Shown piece by piece: positions 1-10,490 of a stretch of 64,000 bases of DNA. This DNA comes from an uncultured delta proteobacterium. GTDB lineage: Bacteria; Desulfobacterota; Binatia; Binatales; Binataceae. The position numbers and the translations under genes were made by a program. Below the pieces are notes generated by a model. That model was not told the DNA's origin and did no database searches. It saw only the letters and a list, made by a program, of their open reading frames with translations. The DNA lies in NCBI GenBank assembly GCA_963765675.1, contig CAVXXK010000001.1:768001-832000 (forward strand), written 5' to 3'. The stretch's first letter is position 1. Every line of letters starts with the position of its first letter.

Positions 1-147
1 GTGAACGGCGCCTGATAGCGAGGGTTTGCGCCGAATTCGACATAGGCGGGCAATTCTCTTTCAGACAATCGCGTTCTCCTGTCCGGTGCTCCGGATCGGG
101 CGGTCCGCGCTTGTTTCAAGCGCGTGAATGAGCGAACTCAACGGAAC

Positions 148-3100
148 CTACAACCTGAGCGACGCTAAAAGCGCCTTGGCATCTTTCAGATCCCTGGTAT
201 CGAAGCCTTCGGTGAACCAGTTGTAAACCTCTGATAGTAGCTCGTGAGCTTCGCCGTTCTTGCCCTGGGCCTTCCGCAGACGAGTCAGGCTCATCGCTGC
301 CCGCAGCTCCCAGGACTTGGCTTGCTGACGCCGAGCGATGTCAATCGCTTTGAGAAAGTCGGCCTCGGCTTCGGTCTGCGAGTTAGCAGTTGGGAGGCGC
401 GGACCATTATTTTGAATCGCGCCGGACTCGATGAACGTGATTTCGCCGCGGAGCCGATGTAGCTCTGCCTCGTAGCATCGCTCTTCGGTTTTGGTCATCG
501 CACCAAGAGCCGTATTCAGGGTGTCGAGGCCGACGCTACGGTCACCTGCCCTGCAAGCCGTCTCACTAACTAGCGCCAGGAGCCATGTGCGCCCAACCCT
601 CGACCCTATTTCCTGGTACATCCGCACTCCCTGATTGGCCATCGTGAGCGCTTCCTCGGGTTTTTCTTGCCGTGCCCATCCCCTCATCAGCATTCCCACC
701 GCTTCCCAGAACTGAAATCCCTGCTCCGCCGATAACACCCGCGCCCGTTCGGCGCGTTCGTCGGTCACTCCTACTTCGCCGCGAAGTTGATGGAGCATCG
801 AAGTAAGTCCCAGCGCAAAGGCCTCATCATAGGGATGCGCAATTTCTCGCGCTCGAGCCACTGCCCTGTCACCATGCGCCCGAGCCTGATCAGGAAAGCC
901 GCGCTGCCATAGAACAAAGGCCAGGTAGCAGAGGCAGCTAACCTCGGGATCTTGTCCATAGCGGATGCTGAGCGCCTGGTGCATCTTGGGCTCGTATAGT
1001 TCGAGACTCTGTGTGAGCTGCTGACTGGCCGACGTCAACTCGCCCATCCAGAACAGACTACAGCCCAGCGCCCAATGGGCCTCGATTAGCAAGACGGCAT
1101 CCTGTGAGCCGCGCGCGAGGTCCAGAAGCTGTTTGCCGATCTCACGAGATTTTTCCAGTTGCGCCTCGACCAGGTAGAACGACCAGAGGCCATACAGCAC
1201 TGAGAATCGCGTTGAATTGTCTTCCAGTTGGTCGCATAGGTCGAGCGCGCGCGTGTAGGCGTGCTCAAATTCGACCGCGGCGTAACCTCTGAGAGCCATT
1301 AGCGCGGGACCGAGGGCCAACTGAACGCCTAATTCCCGTTGGACGCGCTCTGGACTGTCCGGGAATTTCTTTATCAGTTCGATAGCCGCGGTAAGACGAA
1401 CGATCGCGTCAGCATAGGCCGAGCGCTGCAACGCCTGCTGCCCGGCGCGCTCCAGGTACTCCGCAGCCTTGGCGTCGTTATTGCTGCCGCTGTAATGATG
1501 CGCCAACTGTTCAAAATGGCGTTCGAGTTGTCCGGCGAACATCGCCTCGAGCGCTTCTCCGGCGCGCTCGTGCAGATGCTTGCGCCGCTCGATCAGGAGC
1601 GAGTTGTAAGCCACCTCCTGCGTCAAGGCATGCTTGAAGGTGTATTCAACGTCGCCGGGGGCCGGTTGCTCGTAGATGAACTCGGCCGTCTGTAAGTCGC
1701 CGAGCATATGTTCCAGCTCGTCATCGTTCATGGCGTCGACCATCCGCCTGACCAGAGATAAGCCGAAGTCCTTGCCAATCACGGCGAGCGTCTGAAGCAG
1801 CTCCTTCTCGCCCACGGGCAACCGGTCAATGCGCGCGGCCAGGATCGCGCGCACAGTCGGCGGGATCTTCAGCTCGCCCAGCGGCCGGTTGAGTCTGGTC
1901 ACCAAGCCTTCACGGACCAACGCGCCATCGTCGCACAGCACCTGCACCGTCTCCTCCATGAAGAACGGATTGCCGCCGGTCTTCTCGACGATCAGCCGCT
2001 TGAGCGGCGCCAGCGCCGCGCCGTCGCCGAGCAAGCCGGTTAACATCTCATCGGCGGATTCCATACCCAGCGGATCGAGGCGCAACTGCGTGTAATAGGT
2101 CTTGCTGCTCCAATCGTGCGAATACTCGGGTCGATAATTCGTCAGCAGCATGATCCTGGCGTTGCCGATCGAGTCGGCAAGGAGATTGAGTAACCCCTGC
2201 GTTTCCTCGTCGATCCAGTGCAGATCCTCGAAGATCAGCATCAAGGGCTGGTTGAGCGATTCGCGCACCAATATCCGCTTGATCGCATCGAGGGTGCGCC
2301 GCTTGCGCACCTGCGCGTCCATCCCCGCCAGCGGATCGTTTCCCTCTGCGATCCCGAGCAATCCCAGCAGATACGGCAAAGTATCCTCGAGCGCACGGTC
2401 GAGGACCGCAATCCGGCCCGAGACTTTTTCCCGCCGTTTACGAGGGTCGTCGCCTCCCTCGATATCGAAATAGCCAAGCAGCATCTGCATCACCGGCAGA
2501 TAAGCCGATGCCTTGCCATGTGAGACCGAGAAAGTTTCGAGGACCATCCATTCTGACTGATTCCTGGCCCTGAACTCGAAGAAGAGCCGCGACTTGCCGG
2601 TGCCCGCTTCGGCGACCGCCGCCACGATTTGCCCGCGTCCGGCCCGGGCCTGCTCGGCCGTATGTTTGAGTGCCTCCATATCGCGCTCGCGCCCGACGAA
2701 TTTAGTCAGCCCGCGGCTGGCCGAGCGTTGCAGCCGCGTACGCAGCGGCCCGAGTCCGGTGACTTCGTAAACGTTGACCGGTTCGTTGACGCCTTTGACC
2801 TTGGTCGGGCCGAGTGGATTGAGCGCGAAGTAGCCTTCGACCAATTTTCGCGTCTGCTCGCTGATTGCGATCGAACCGGTCGGCGCCAGCGCCTGCATCC
2901 GCGAGGCCAGATTGGTCGTGTGCCCAATTGGCGTGTATTCGGTGTGTCCATCGCCGGTTGCGATCGAACGAACGACAACCTCGCCCGTGTTTACGCCGAC
3001 GCGCGCTTCGATCGGCAGGTTCCCCGCTTCGCGCAATCTCGCCGAATAGCGGGTCAGCTCTTCCTGCATCCGGAGTGCGGCATACAACGCGCGCTGCGGA

Positions 3101-3558
3101 TGATCCTCGTGCGCGACGGGAGCACCGAACAGAGCGAAGATGCCGTCGCCGGTGCTCTGCACGACATAGCCGTCGTAACGACGCACCGCGTCGATCATCC
3201 GCTTCAGCGCCGGATCGATGATCGCGCGCGCTTCCTCAGGATCGAGGTCCTGCTCAAGCTCGGTCGAGCCTTTAATATCCGCGAACAGCGCGGTCACCGT
3301 CTTGCGTTCGCCCTCGATTGAGGACGCGTCGGCTTGTTCCTGCGCCTGGACGCGAATCCGGGGCACATCGCGCGGGAGCGCTGGTGGTCGCCCGGTGACA
3401 TCGCCTGCCGCGAGCGCGGCTCCGCAATCACCGCAGAATCGCTTCTCAACCGGATTGTCCACTCCGCATTTCGGACAGACATTTCCCAATGGCGCCCCGC
3501 AATCGCCGCAGAACTTCTTGTTTACTGGGTTATCACTCCGGCAATTCGAGCAGCGCAT
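148..3558 (-). CDS. Double zinc ribbon + class III nucleotide cyclase + AAA (STAND-like) ATPase + TPR-like protein
   Basis: N-terminal CxxC pairs (CSNC, CGDC, CPKC, CGDC); cyclase motifs LFADIKGST, TGDG, NLASRMQ; Walker A AEAGTGKS, Walker B LIFEDLHW, GNPFF, FKHALTQEVAY; helical C-terminus with WELRAA. Confidence 0.92.
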   Translation of the reverse strand: MRCSNCRSDNPVNKKFCGDCGAPLGNVCPKCGVDNPVEKRFCGDCGAALAAGDVTGRPPALPRDVPRIRVQAQEQADASSIEGERKTVTALFADIKGSTELEQDLDPEEARAIIDPALKRMIDAVRRYDGYVVQSTGDGIFALFGAPVAHEDHPQRALYAALRMQEELTRYSARLREAGNLPIEARVGVNTGEVVVRSIATGDGHTEYTPIGHTTNLASRMQALAPTGSIAISEQTRKLVEGYFALNPLGPTKVKGVNEPVNVYEVTGLGPLRTRLQRSASRGLTKFVGRERDMEALKHTAEQARAGRGQIVAAVAEAGTGKSRLFFEFRARNQSEWMVLETFSVSHGKASAYLPVMQMLLGYFDIEGGDDPRKRREKVSGRIAVLDRALEDTLPYLLGLLGIAEGNDPLAGMDAQVRKRRTLDAIKRILVRESLNQPLMLIFEDLHWIDEETQGLLNLLADSIGNARIMLLTNYRPEYSHDWSSKTYYTQLRLDPLGMESADEMLTGLLGDGAALAPLKRLIVEKTGGNPFFMEETVQVLCDDGALVREGLVTRLNRPLGELKIPPTVRAILAARIDRLPVGEKELLQTLAVIGKDFGLSLVRRMVDAMNDDELEHMLGDLQTAEFIYEQPAPGDVEYTFKHALTQEVAYNSLLIERRKHLHERAGEALEAMFAGQLERHFEQLAHHYSGSNNDAKAAEYLERAGQQALQRSAYADAIVRLTAAIELIKKFPDSPERVQRELGVQLALGPALMALRGYAAVEFEHAYTRALDLCDQLEDNSTRFSVLYGLWSFYLVEAQLEKSREIGKQLLDLARGSQDAVLLIEAHWALGCSLFWMGELTSASQQLTQSLELYEPKMHQALSIRYGQDPEVSCLCYLAFVLWQRGFPDQARAHGDRAVARAREIAHPYDEAFALGLTSMLHQLRGEVGVTDERAERARVLSAEQGFQFWEAVGMLMRGWARQEKPEEALTMANQGVRMYQEIGSRVGRTWLLALVSETACRAGDRSVGLDTLNTALGAMTKTEERCYEAELHRLRGEITFIESGAIQNNGPRLPTANSQTEAEADFLKAIDIARRQQAKSWELRAAMSLTRLRKAQGKNGEAHELLSEVYNWFTEGFDTRDLKDAKALLASLRL

Positions 3559-3667
3559 GGATTCACCAAGAGAAGGGCGACAGGCTCCGCCCTTCTATCA
3601 TCAACCGGCGGGGAGGCTCCAGCGGGCTCTGCCCGCCAAGCCGTTCCGCGCGTGACGTGTAAGTAAG

Positions 3668-5267
3668 TTAATGCTCCGCGACGGGCAGGTTGCGGCGGTC
3701 GCGCTGGAGGAACAGGAACGTCGGCACCAGGATGATCATCAGGCCCGCCAGCATCCGGTAGATGTCGTTGAACGAGAGCATCATCGCCTGCCGCTGCAAC
3801 ATCCCGTAAATCATCGCCATCCCGCGATGCTGGCCCATCGCTAATTGATGCATCAGATCCATGCCTTGCGCGCCGGGCACCCGCAGATGCGGCAGCGTGA
3901 AAACCGAGACGTGCTCGACAAGGTAGCTTTGCCGGACCTGCTGGCGATGGATTAGCAGAGTCGTCAGATATGAGGTTCCAAGCGCTGCGCCCAGGTTGCG
4001 CGTGACGGCATACAGGCTCGCCGCGCGCTGCATCTTGAATTTCTCCATTGACGACAGCGCGGCCGCCGACAACCCCGGAAATATCAATCCAGTGCCCACA
4101 CCCTGGATCACCGTCGGCCATACGATTCGCGTGATATCGGATTGCAGGTTGAGTCCCGCCATCGACCACATCGCGAAGCCAACCAAAACGAACCCAATTC
4201 CGACCAGCGGACGGATATCGACTCCGCGTCGGGCCAACGCGCCCAGGATGATCATCGCGAACATCGTGCCGATTCCGCGCGGCGCCATCACCAGCCCCGC
4301 CTTCGAGGCGGTATATCCAAGGAGTTCCTGCAAGAAAACCGGATTCAAAATTGCGGTGCCATAGAGGGTGAAGGTCAGGAAGATCACCAGCGTGACCGGC
4401 AGCGTGAATCGCCGATCCTTCAGGATTCTCAGATCGACGACCGGATCTTCCGTGCGCAGCTCGTGATAGATGAACACGACCAGCGCGACGACGCAGGCGA
4501 TAGTCGAGTACACCACCCACGGACTCTGGAACCAGTCGGCGCGCTCACCGCGGTCGAGCACGATTTCGCCCAGACCCAGCGTGACGAACAGACAGAGGAT
4601 TCCCAGGAAATCGATTCGGCCAGTCCGGCGATTCTTCATGTACGCGGGGTCGTCGACGAAGCGCCAGACCATGAACGCGGCGGCGGTGCCGATCGGAACG
4701 TTGATATAGAAGTTCCAGCGCCAGCTCCACGCGTCGGTGATATAGCCGCCGACGGTGGGACCCATGATCGGCGCGACCATCATTCCGATTCCCCACACCG
4801 CCATCGCCAGCGCCTGCTCGCGCGGCGGAAAGGTCTCCATCAGGATCGCCTGCGACAGCGGCATCATCGCGGCGCCGGCCGCGCCCTGCGCGAGGCGGAA
4901 CAGGACGATCTGGTTGAGCGATTGCGCGACGCCGCACAGCGCCGACGCGACCACGAACATCGTGATCGAGATGACGAAGTAGCGCTTGCGGCCGAAGCGC
5001 TCGGCGATCCAGCCGGTCATTGGGATCATGATTCCGGCCGCAACCAGGTAGCTCGTTACGACCCACGCGATTTCGTCCACGCTGGCCGAAAAGCTGCCCT
5101 GCATGTGCGGCAGCGAGACGTTGACGATCGAGCTGTCGAGCACCTCGAGGATAGTGCCGAGCATGACCGAGACCGCGATAATCCATTTGCGCGCGCTCGA
5201 GAACTCGTGCGCTTCGGGCGTCTGCTGATCGATCGCGTCCGTTTGCGGTGTCTGGCGTAGCGCTCAT
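3668..5267 (-). CDS. DHA2 (EmrB/QacA) family MFS efflux permease, apparent frameshift just after the start
   Basis: LDSSIVNVSLP, WVVTSYLVA, RFGRKR, WRWNFYINVP motifs. The frame of ORF 3668-5164 stays open upstream (ARKWIIAVSVM) to about 5263, but the nearest upstream ATG (5267) is in an adjacent frame. Confidence 0.85.
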
Positions 5268-5451
5268 GGGCCGATAGCTGGCGGTAAGCTACCTGAGACT
5301 CACGAGTTGTCGCAAAAGACTGCCGCGCGGGATGCAGTCAGCGTGCCCGATCGCAGCGGTTTGACTCGATGAAGCGCCCTAACGTATGTTAGGCGATAGC
5401 AGACGACGGCGCATCAAGCGCAGGCGCGCGTCCAGCAGAGGTCACCCGATC

Positions 5452-6528
5452 ATGTCTCATGAATCCAGGCTCTCCTTCAGCGAAGCGGAAATTCTTTCCA
5501 ATCCTCCGGTCAAAGAACGGCTGATCGTAAAGGGCGTGAAATGCCACGGCGGCTTCGATGCCGAGGGCAAGTACGTCTCGCCGCGAACGCTGTGGCGCGT
5601 GCCCGCAATCAAGGCGTGGCAGGAGCAACATCTGGCGACCTCGGGGATGCCGCTGGTCGAAATTCCCGCCGACACCGTTTCTCCGCGGCTGCCCAATGTC
5701 GCGCAGGCGAAATATCTTCTGCGCAACGGCGTGCGCGAGCCGATGATCCGATCGCTGACCGAGATTGCGATTATCGAGGGATTCGGCGCGCAGATCCGCG
5801 ACCTGCCGGTCCCTCCTCTTAAGAGCTTCATCAAGGAAAGCACCGAGGGCACCGCGCTGGCGCATCTAACCAGCGGCTTGTTCGAGGCGCACGCGCGCGA
5901 CGAAGCCGGATGGAGCGAAGAGGGCGGCCATCGCCAGATGTGGGAAGCGGCGCGCGACGCTGCGCTCTCGAATCCGGAGATTTCGCCTGAAATTTTCGCC
6001 GCGATTATCGCGCGCCGTACCGGTGAGCCTCCCGCGCTCTTTCCCGAGCTGGGCGCGCCGGTCGAGCGCCTGCTCCGCTTCATGGTAAACGTCCTCGCGA
6101 TAGAGGTCTTTGCCGCGTCGACTTTCCAATGGGCCGAGGAAATTCTCTCCGACCCCGAGGTCTCTGATGCGCCCGTAGCCGCAGCCGACCTGGTGCGCTT
6201 CATCCGCTCGGACGAATCGCCTCACGTCGAATATCTGCGCACGGCATTATCGGAAATCTCGGCGCGGACCCTGCTCACAGAAGACGGCAAGGAAATTCCG
6301 GGCAAACGCGCGGTCGACACGCTGATCGAGCGCTCGCTGCGCGCGATGCTGCGGCAGCGGATCGTCGATCAACCGCCGATGGTGCGCGAGATGATCCGGA
6401 AGACAGCGAAGGTGCGCGATATCGAAGAACTGTTCGCCGGCTTCGACGCTCTCGCGACGCCGTGGATACCTCCCGCACGCTACGCGGACCTCGCGCCTGT
6501 CGGGGCTGGAGCCGCGCAGGGCTATTAG
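5452..6528 (+). CDS. Ferritin-like (probable di-iron carboxylate) protein of unknown function
   Basis: ATG at 5452 after GAGG; pattern IIEGFG ... RDEAGWSEEGGH ... AIEVFA ... SDESPH fits E / ExxH-like / E / ExxH ligand spacing. Confidence 0.6.
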   Translation: MSHESRLSFSEAEILSNPPVKERLIVKGVKCHGGFDAEGKYVSPRTLWRVPAIKAWQEQHLATSGMPLVEIPADTVSPRLPNVAQAKYLLRNGVREPMIRSLTEIAIIEGFGAQIRDLPVPPLKSFIKESTEGTALAHLTSGLFEAHARDEAGWSEEGGHRQMWEAARDAALSNPEISPEIFAAIIARRTGEPPALFPELGAPVERLLRFMVNVLAIEVFAASTFQWAEEILSDPEVSDAPVAAADLVRFIRSDESPHVEYLRTALSEISARTLLTEDGKEIPGKRAVDTLIERSLRAMLRQRIVDQPPMVREMIRKTAKVRDIEELFAGFDALATPWIPPARYADLAPVGAGAAQGY

Positions 6529-6534
6529 TGAAGA

Positions 6535-6684
6535 GCAGAAAAACACCAAGGCACTCAGCCACAAAGACACCAAGACACTAAGAAAAACAGGCGGGTCTTT
6601 CCTACGGGAAAGGCCCGCCTCTTCTTTGTGTCTTCGTGTCTTTGTGGCTGATTCTTTTTCCTTCGTGCCTTGGTGTTTCTCTGC
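6535..6684. repeat. Nested 150-bp inverted repeat between convergent genes (REP-like, probable bidirectional terminator)
   Basis: 6535-6554 pairs with 6665-6684 (1 mismatch); 6555-6584 pairs with 6622-6651 (2 mismatches); inner stem AGGCGGGTCTTTCC/GGAAAGGCCCGCCT closed by a C(TACG)G tetraloop. Confidence 0.88.
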
Positions 6685-6692
6685 CGCTATGG

Positions 6693-7991
6693 CTACGGTT
6701 CGAGGCGTTCCATCATCCGGGGGAACGGGATGCATTCGCGGATGTGATGAATTCCGCAGAGCCATCCGGTCATCCGCTCGATTCCCATCCCGAAGCCCGC
6801 GTGCGGCACCGAGCCGTAGCGGCGCAAATCGAGGTACCATTCAAACGGCTCCAGTGGCAGTTCGTGCGCGAGAATCTTGCCCTTGAGCGTTTCGAAATCG
6901 TCTTCGCGCTGTCCGCCGCCGATAATCTCGCCGTGACCCTCGGGCGCAAGCATATCGACGCAGAGCGCGACTTCCGGTCGGGCTGGATCCTGTTTCATGT
7001 AGAACGCTTTGCACACGGTCGGGTAGCGATGCACCATCACGGGGCGATCGAACTCGCTCGACAGAAGCGTCTCTTCGTCGCCGCCAAAATCGTCGCCCCA
7101 GTTGACGCTCGCGCCCTTGGCTTTCAGGCGCTCGATCGCCTCGTCATAGGTGATTCGCGGATAAGGAGTTTTGGTCGAAGCTTCGAGCTGCGAGATATCG
7201 CGCTCGAGGGTCTTGAGCTCGGGAGCGCGGCGTTCGAGCACGCGGCGCACGATGTACGAGACGAAATCCTCGGCCAGCGCCATGTCGTCGTCCAAGTTGA
7301 AGTACGCGGCCTCCGGCTCGACCATCCAGAATTCCGTCAGATGCCGCCGCGTCTTGGACTTCTCCGCACGAAAAGTCGGGCCAAAGCAGTAGACCTTGCC
7401 GAGCGCGAGCGCGCCGGCTTCGGCATAGAGCTGTCCGCTCTGGGTCAGGTAGGCTTTGCGATCCTCAAAGTAATCGAGCTCGAAAAGATTGGTCGTGCCC
7501 TCGCACGAAGTCGGGGTCAGGATCGGCGCGTCGAACAGAACGAAGCCACGCTCGGCGAAGAAATCGCGGCACGCCTGCGCGACCTCGCTGCGGATTCGCA
7601 AAATCGCATGCTGCCGCGACGAACGAACCCAAAGATGGCGCTTGTCGAGCAGGAACGCGACGCCGTGCTCCTTGGGCGTGATCGGATAATCGGCCGACGG
7701 CGCGATTTGCCGCACGCTCACGACGGTCAGCTCAAAGCCACCGGGCGCGCGCTTGTCCTCGCGTACCGTGCCGGTCACTTCGAGCGAAGTCTCCTGCCCC
7801 ATGTGATCGGCGGCGGTGAAAGCTTCATCGCCGAGGTCGGCTTTCGAGGCGACGCACTGGCATAGCCCGGTCCCGTCGCGCACCAGAAGGAAATGGATTT
7901 TGCCGCTCGAGCGCTTGTTGTAGAGCCATCCGCGCAGCGTGACTTCTTCGCCGACGTGACGGGGCAGATCCTCGATATAGACCCACGACAT
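6693..7991 (-). CDS. asnS: Asparagine--tRNA ligase
   Basis: OB-fold [11 protein letters not shown]; class II motifs [55 protein letters not shown]. Confidence 0.96.
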   Translation of the reverse strand: MSWVYIEDLPRHVGEEVTLRGWLYNKRSSGKIHFLLVRDGTGLCQCVASKADLGDEAFTAADHMGQETSLEVTGTVREDKRAPGGFELTVVSVRQIAPSADYPITPKEHGVAFLLDKRHLWVRSSRQHAILRIRSEVAQACRDFFAERGFVLFDAPILTPTSCEGTTNLFELDYFEDRKAYLTQSGQLYAEAGALALGKVYCFGPTFRAEKSKTRRHLTEFWMVEPEAAYFNLDDDMALAEDFVSYIVRRVLERRAPELKTLERDISQLEASTKTPYPRITYDEAIERLKAKGASVNWGDDFGGDEETLLSSEFDRPVMVHRYPTVCKAFYMKQDPARPEVALCVDMLAPEGHGEIIGGGQREDDFETLKGKILAHELPLEPFEWYLDLRRYGSVPHAGFGMGIERMTGWLCGIHHIRECIPFPRMMERLEP

Positions 7992-8082
7992 GCGTCCTAT
8001 TTAAGCACATCAGGACGCGTCGCGGAGAAGCGCGCGCGCGTCGCAACCGGCGCTGCCTTCAGGTAGCCTCATCGCAACGCGG

Positions 8083-8670
8083 ATGAACGCATTCGACTTT
8101 GTGGTGATCGGCGTGGTGGTGGCGGGGGCGATTTACGGTCTGCGCCAGGGCTTGCTGCGGATGATCACCTCGGCAGTGGCGTTGCTCGCGGCGATCGTCG
8201 TCGCATCGGTCTACTACACGCGCGCCGGCGAGATCGCGCAGCACGAGTTCGGGGCCGGTGCGACGGCGGCCTCGATCATCGGATACGTGCTCGTGTTCAT
8301 CATAATTTTCTCGGCGATCGAGTTGGTCGGTACCACCGCGATTCGCTTGATCCAGGTGGTGCACCTGAGTTGGGCTGATCGGCTGGCTGGAAGCGTTCTG
8401 GGTGCGGCGCTGATCAGTGTCGTGATGGGGATCGCGGTGATGCTGCTGGCGGCGGTGCTGCCGGCGGACGCCTCAATCCTGCGCGATTCGAAGCTGGCGC
8501 CGATGCTGGTGGAGTACAACGACACGCTCGTGCGCTACATCCCGGACCAGGCCCGGCAGGCGTACGAGAACAATCGCGAGAATCTGATGCGTTACTGGAT
8601 CGCGGAGGCCGAAAAAACAGTGACGCACGCGGGAGCAAGTCCCGCGGCGTCACCGTCTGCTTCGAAATGA
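8083..8670 (+). CDS. cvpA: CvpA family membrane protein
   Basis: MNAFDFVV...GLRQGLLR start, four hydrophobic segments, DRLAGSVLG and SKLAP motifs. Confidence 0.85.
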   Translation: MNAFDFVVIGVVVAGAIYGLRQGLLRMITSAVALLAAIVVASVYYTRAGEIAQHEFGAGATAASIIGYVLVFIIIFSAIELVGTTAIRLIQVVHLSWADRLAGSVLGAALISVVMGIAVMLLAAVLPADASILRDSKLAPMLVEYNDTLVRYIPDQARQAYENNRENLMRYWIAEAEKTVTHAGASPAASPSASK

Positions 8671-8687
8671 ATAATTGGCGGCGTGCG

Positions 8688-8764
8688 CCCTCACCCACGC
8701 GTCACGATGCTTGCGAAAAAACCGCAAGCATCGCGCCACGTCGCCCTCTCCCGGAGGGAGAGGG
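8688..8764. repeat. REP-like element of the CCCTCACCC...CCCTCTCCC-GGGAGAGGG type with an internal hairpin
   Basis: CCCTCACCC 8688-8696; CGATGCTTGCG/CGCAAGCATCG perfect stem 8705-8733; CCCTCTCCC-GGA-GGGAGAGGG 8744-8764; lies between convergent cvpA and trxA. Confidence 0.75.
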
Positions 8765-8786
8765 TTTTGCGGTAGGTTCACAACTC

Positions 8787-9122
8787 TTAGGCCTCTAGCG
8801 CGTGATCGACCGCTTTTACCAGATGGGCGCGCGGAACCGCGCCGACGATCTGCTCCTTCACCTGTCCGCCCTTGATAATGATCAGGTTGGGAATTCCGCG
8901 GATTCCGTAGCGCGCCGGGACATCCTGGTTGTCGTCGACATTCATCTTGACGACCTTCAGGCGGCCTTCGTACTGAGTCGCGAGTTCGTCAACAATCGGC
9001 GCAATTGCCTTGCAGGGGCCGCACCACGGCGCCCAAAAATCTATCAGCACGGGAGTCGAGGATTTGAGGACTTCCTGCTCGAAATTACCGTCGGTAACAT
9101 GAACAATCTTGTCGCTGGACAT
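8787..9122 (-). CDS. trxA: Thioredoxin
   Basis: DFWAPWCGPCK active site, IRGIP cis-Pro; GAGGAG upstream of ATG 9122. Confidence 0.96.
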   Translation of the reverse strand: MSSDKIVHVTDGNFEQEVLKSSTPVLIDFWAPWCGPCKAIAPIVDELATQYEGRLKVVKMNVDDNQDVPARYGIRGIPNLIIIKGGQVKEQIVGAVPRAHLVKAVDHALEA

Positions 9123-9233
9123 TGAAAACACTCTCCTCGCCGAAGCGCGTTGCTAACCAGAACATAAGGACGCCGGATCGCGCAGTCAAGGAAGCCTCAC
9201 CGCAAACGCCCTCTTGCTTCGCGTGTCGGCTGC

Positions 9234-10235
9234 TTAACGCGGAGGAGCGGCCGAATGCTGCCGCGCGCTGCGATCGGTCATCAGCGCGGCGGCGGTTTTG
9301 AACGCGGCTTCGGTCTCGCGTATCAGGTCGGCGAAAACCTCTGCCGCAGGCTTGATCTCTTTGATCAGTCCCGCGCCCTGGCCGGTCGGCATGAAGGTGC
9401 GCTCGGGATCGGCTTCGCCGCGGCGGGTTCCGGTGTAGTTCATCACGCCGTTGCGCTGCGAGATCATCGATTGTTCGGGAAATGGCTTGATCTTCGACGG
9501 ATCGCGCTCCCATTCGAGCGCGTACGGCGTGCGAATCACGCGGCACGGCTTGCCGGTGTAGCATCGGGTGCGGATCGTGGTGTCCTCGTGCGCGTTCAGA
9601 ATCGCTTGCCGATAGACGTCTGCGGCCTGCGCCTCGGGCGTCGCGATAAAGCGCGTGCCGATAACCACGCCCTGCGCGCCGAGCGTCAATGCGGCCGCGA
9701 TCTGGCGTCCGTCGGCAATTCCACCCGCCGCGAGCACCGGCAATTTGATCGCGTCGATCATTTGCGGCACCAGCGACAGCATCCCGATCTCTCCCGTATG
9801 TCCGCCCGCCTCGGTGCCCTGCGCGACGACTACATCGACGCCCGCGGCTTGCGCCTTCTCGCCGTGATGAACTTTGCCGCACATCGCGACGACTTTCATC
9901 CCATGCTCGTGCATCGTCTTGATAAACTCGGTCGGCACTGCGAGGCCGGCGACGAAGATGCGAACCTTCTCTTCGATCAGCACCGGCATATGCGGGCGCA
10001 TCATGTCGGGAATCGGCGCGAGCAGATCGACGGCGAAGGGCTTGTCGGTAAGCTCGCGGGTCTTGCGGATTTCGGCGCGCATCTCGTCGGGCGTAAGCGA
10101 CGCCGCTCCGATCACGCCCAGGCCTCCGGCGTTGGAGACCGCCGCGACCAGCTTATGCATCGCCACGCCGCCCATTCCGGCCAGCAGAATCGGGTACTTG
10201 ATTCCGAAATAATCGCAAATCGGGGTTTCTAGCAT
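9234..10235 (-). CDS. Nitronate monooxygenase / FabK-like FMN oxidoreductase
   Basis: PILLAGMGG, AVSNAGGLG, QGTEAGGHTG, AAGGIADG, GTRF; AGGAG upstream of ATG 10235. Confidence 0.9.
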   Translation of the reverse strand: MLETPICDYFGIKYPILLAGMGGVAMHKLVAAVSNAGGLGVIGAASLTPDEMRAEIRKTRELTDKPFAVDLLAPIPDMMRPHMPVLIEEKVRIFVAGLAVPTEFIKTMHEHGMKVVAMCGKVHHGEKAQAAGVDVVVAQGTEAGGHTGEIGMLSLVPQMIDAIKLPVLAAGGIADGRQIAAALTLGAQGVVIGTRFIATPEAQAADVYRQAILNAHEDTTIRTRCYTGKPCRVIRTPYALEWERDPSKIKPFPEQSMISQRNGVMNYTGTRRGEADPERTFMPTGQGAGLIKEIKPAAEVFADLIRETEAAFKTAAALMTDRSARQHSAAPPR

Positions 10236-10398
10236 CGCTCTATTACTCCTGGTGGTGAGCGGCGTAAGGGCTCGCTCCTGACCGACCCTATACTGTGGCG
10301 CGGCGCGATCAATCAAGCCAATCGAAGCCACGCGCGCAGCGGCGTCGAAAGGAAGTGGCGCGGAGCTTTGCCGCGATGGCATAATCGCGGTTTCGAGC

Positions 10399-10490
10399 GG
10401 AGAGGTGGCCGAGCCCGGTTTAAGGCGCACGCCTGGAACGCGTGTAAACTCGAAAGGGTTTCGGGGGTTCGAATCCCCCCCTCTCCGCCA
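10399..10490 (+). tRNA. tRNA-Ser(GGA)
   Basis: Acceptor GGAGAGG/CCTCTCC followed by GCCA; anticodon arm CACGC-CT-GGA-AC-GCGTG; long variable arm; T arm GGGGG-TTCGAAT-CCCCC; TGGCATAAT extended -10-like motif at 10377-10385. Confidence 0.97.

Noticed and set aside
6535-6684. CRISPR array
   Set aside because: Units are 7-9 bp and inverted, with no spacers and no cas genes
3522-9882. Long alternative-frame ORFs (e.g. 3522-4520, 4142-5260, 6636-7865, 9085-9882) and similar ones across the window
   Set aside because: They overlap well-supported genes, are Arg/Ala/Pro-rich without motifs, and are expected shadow ORFs in high-GC DNA
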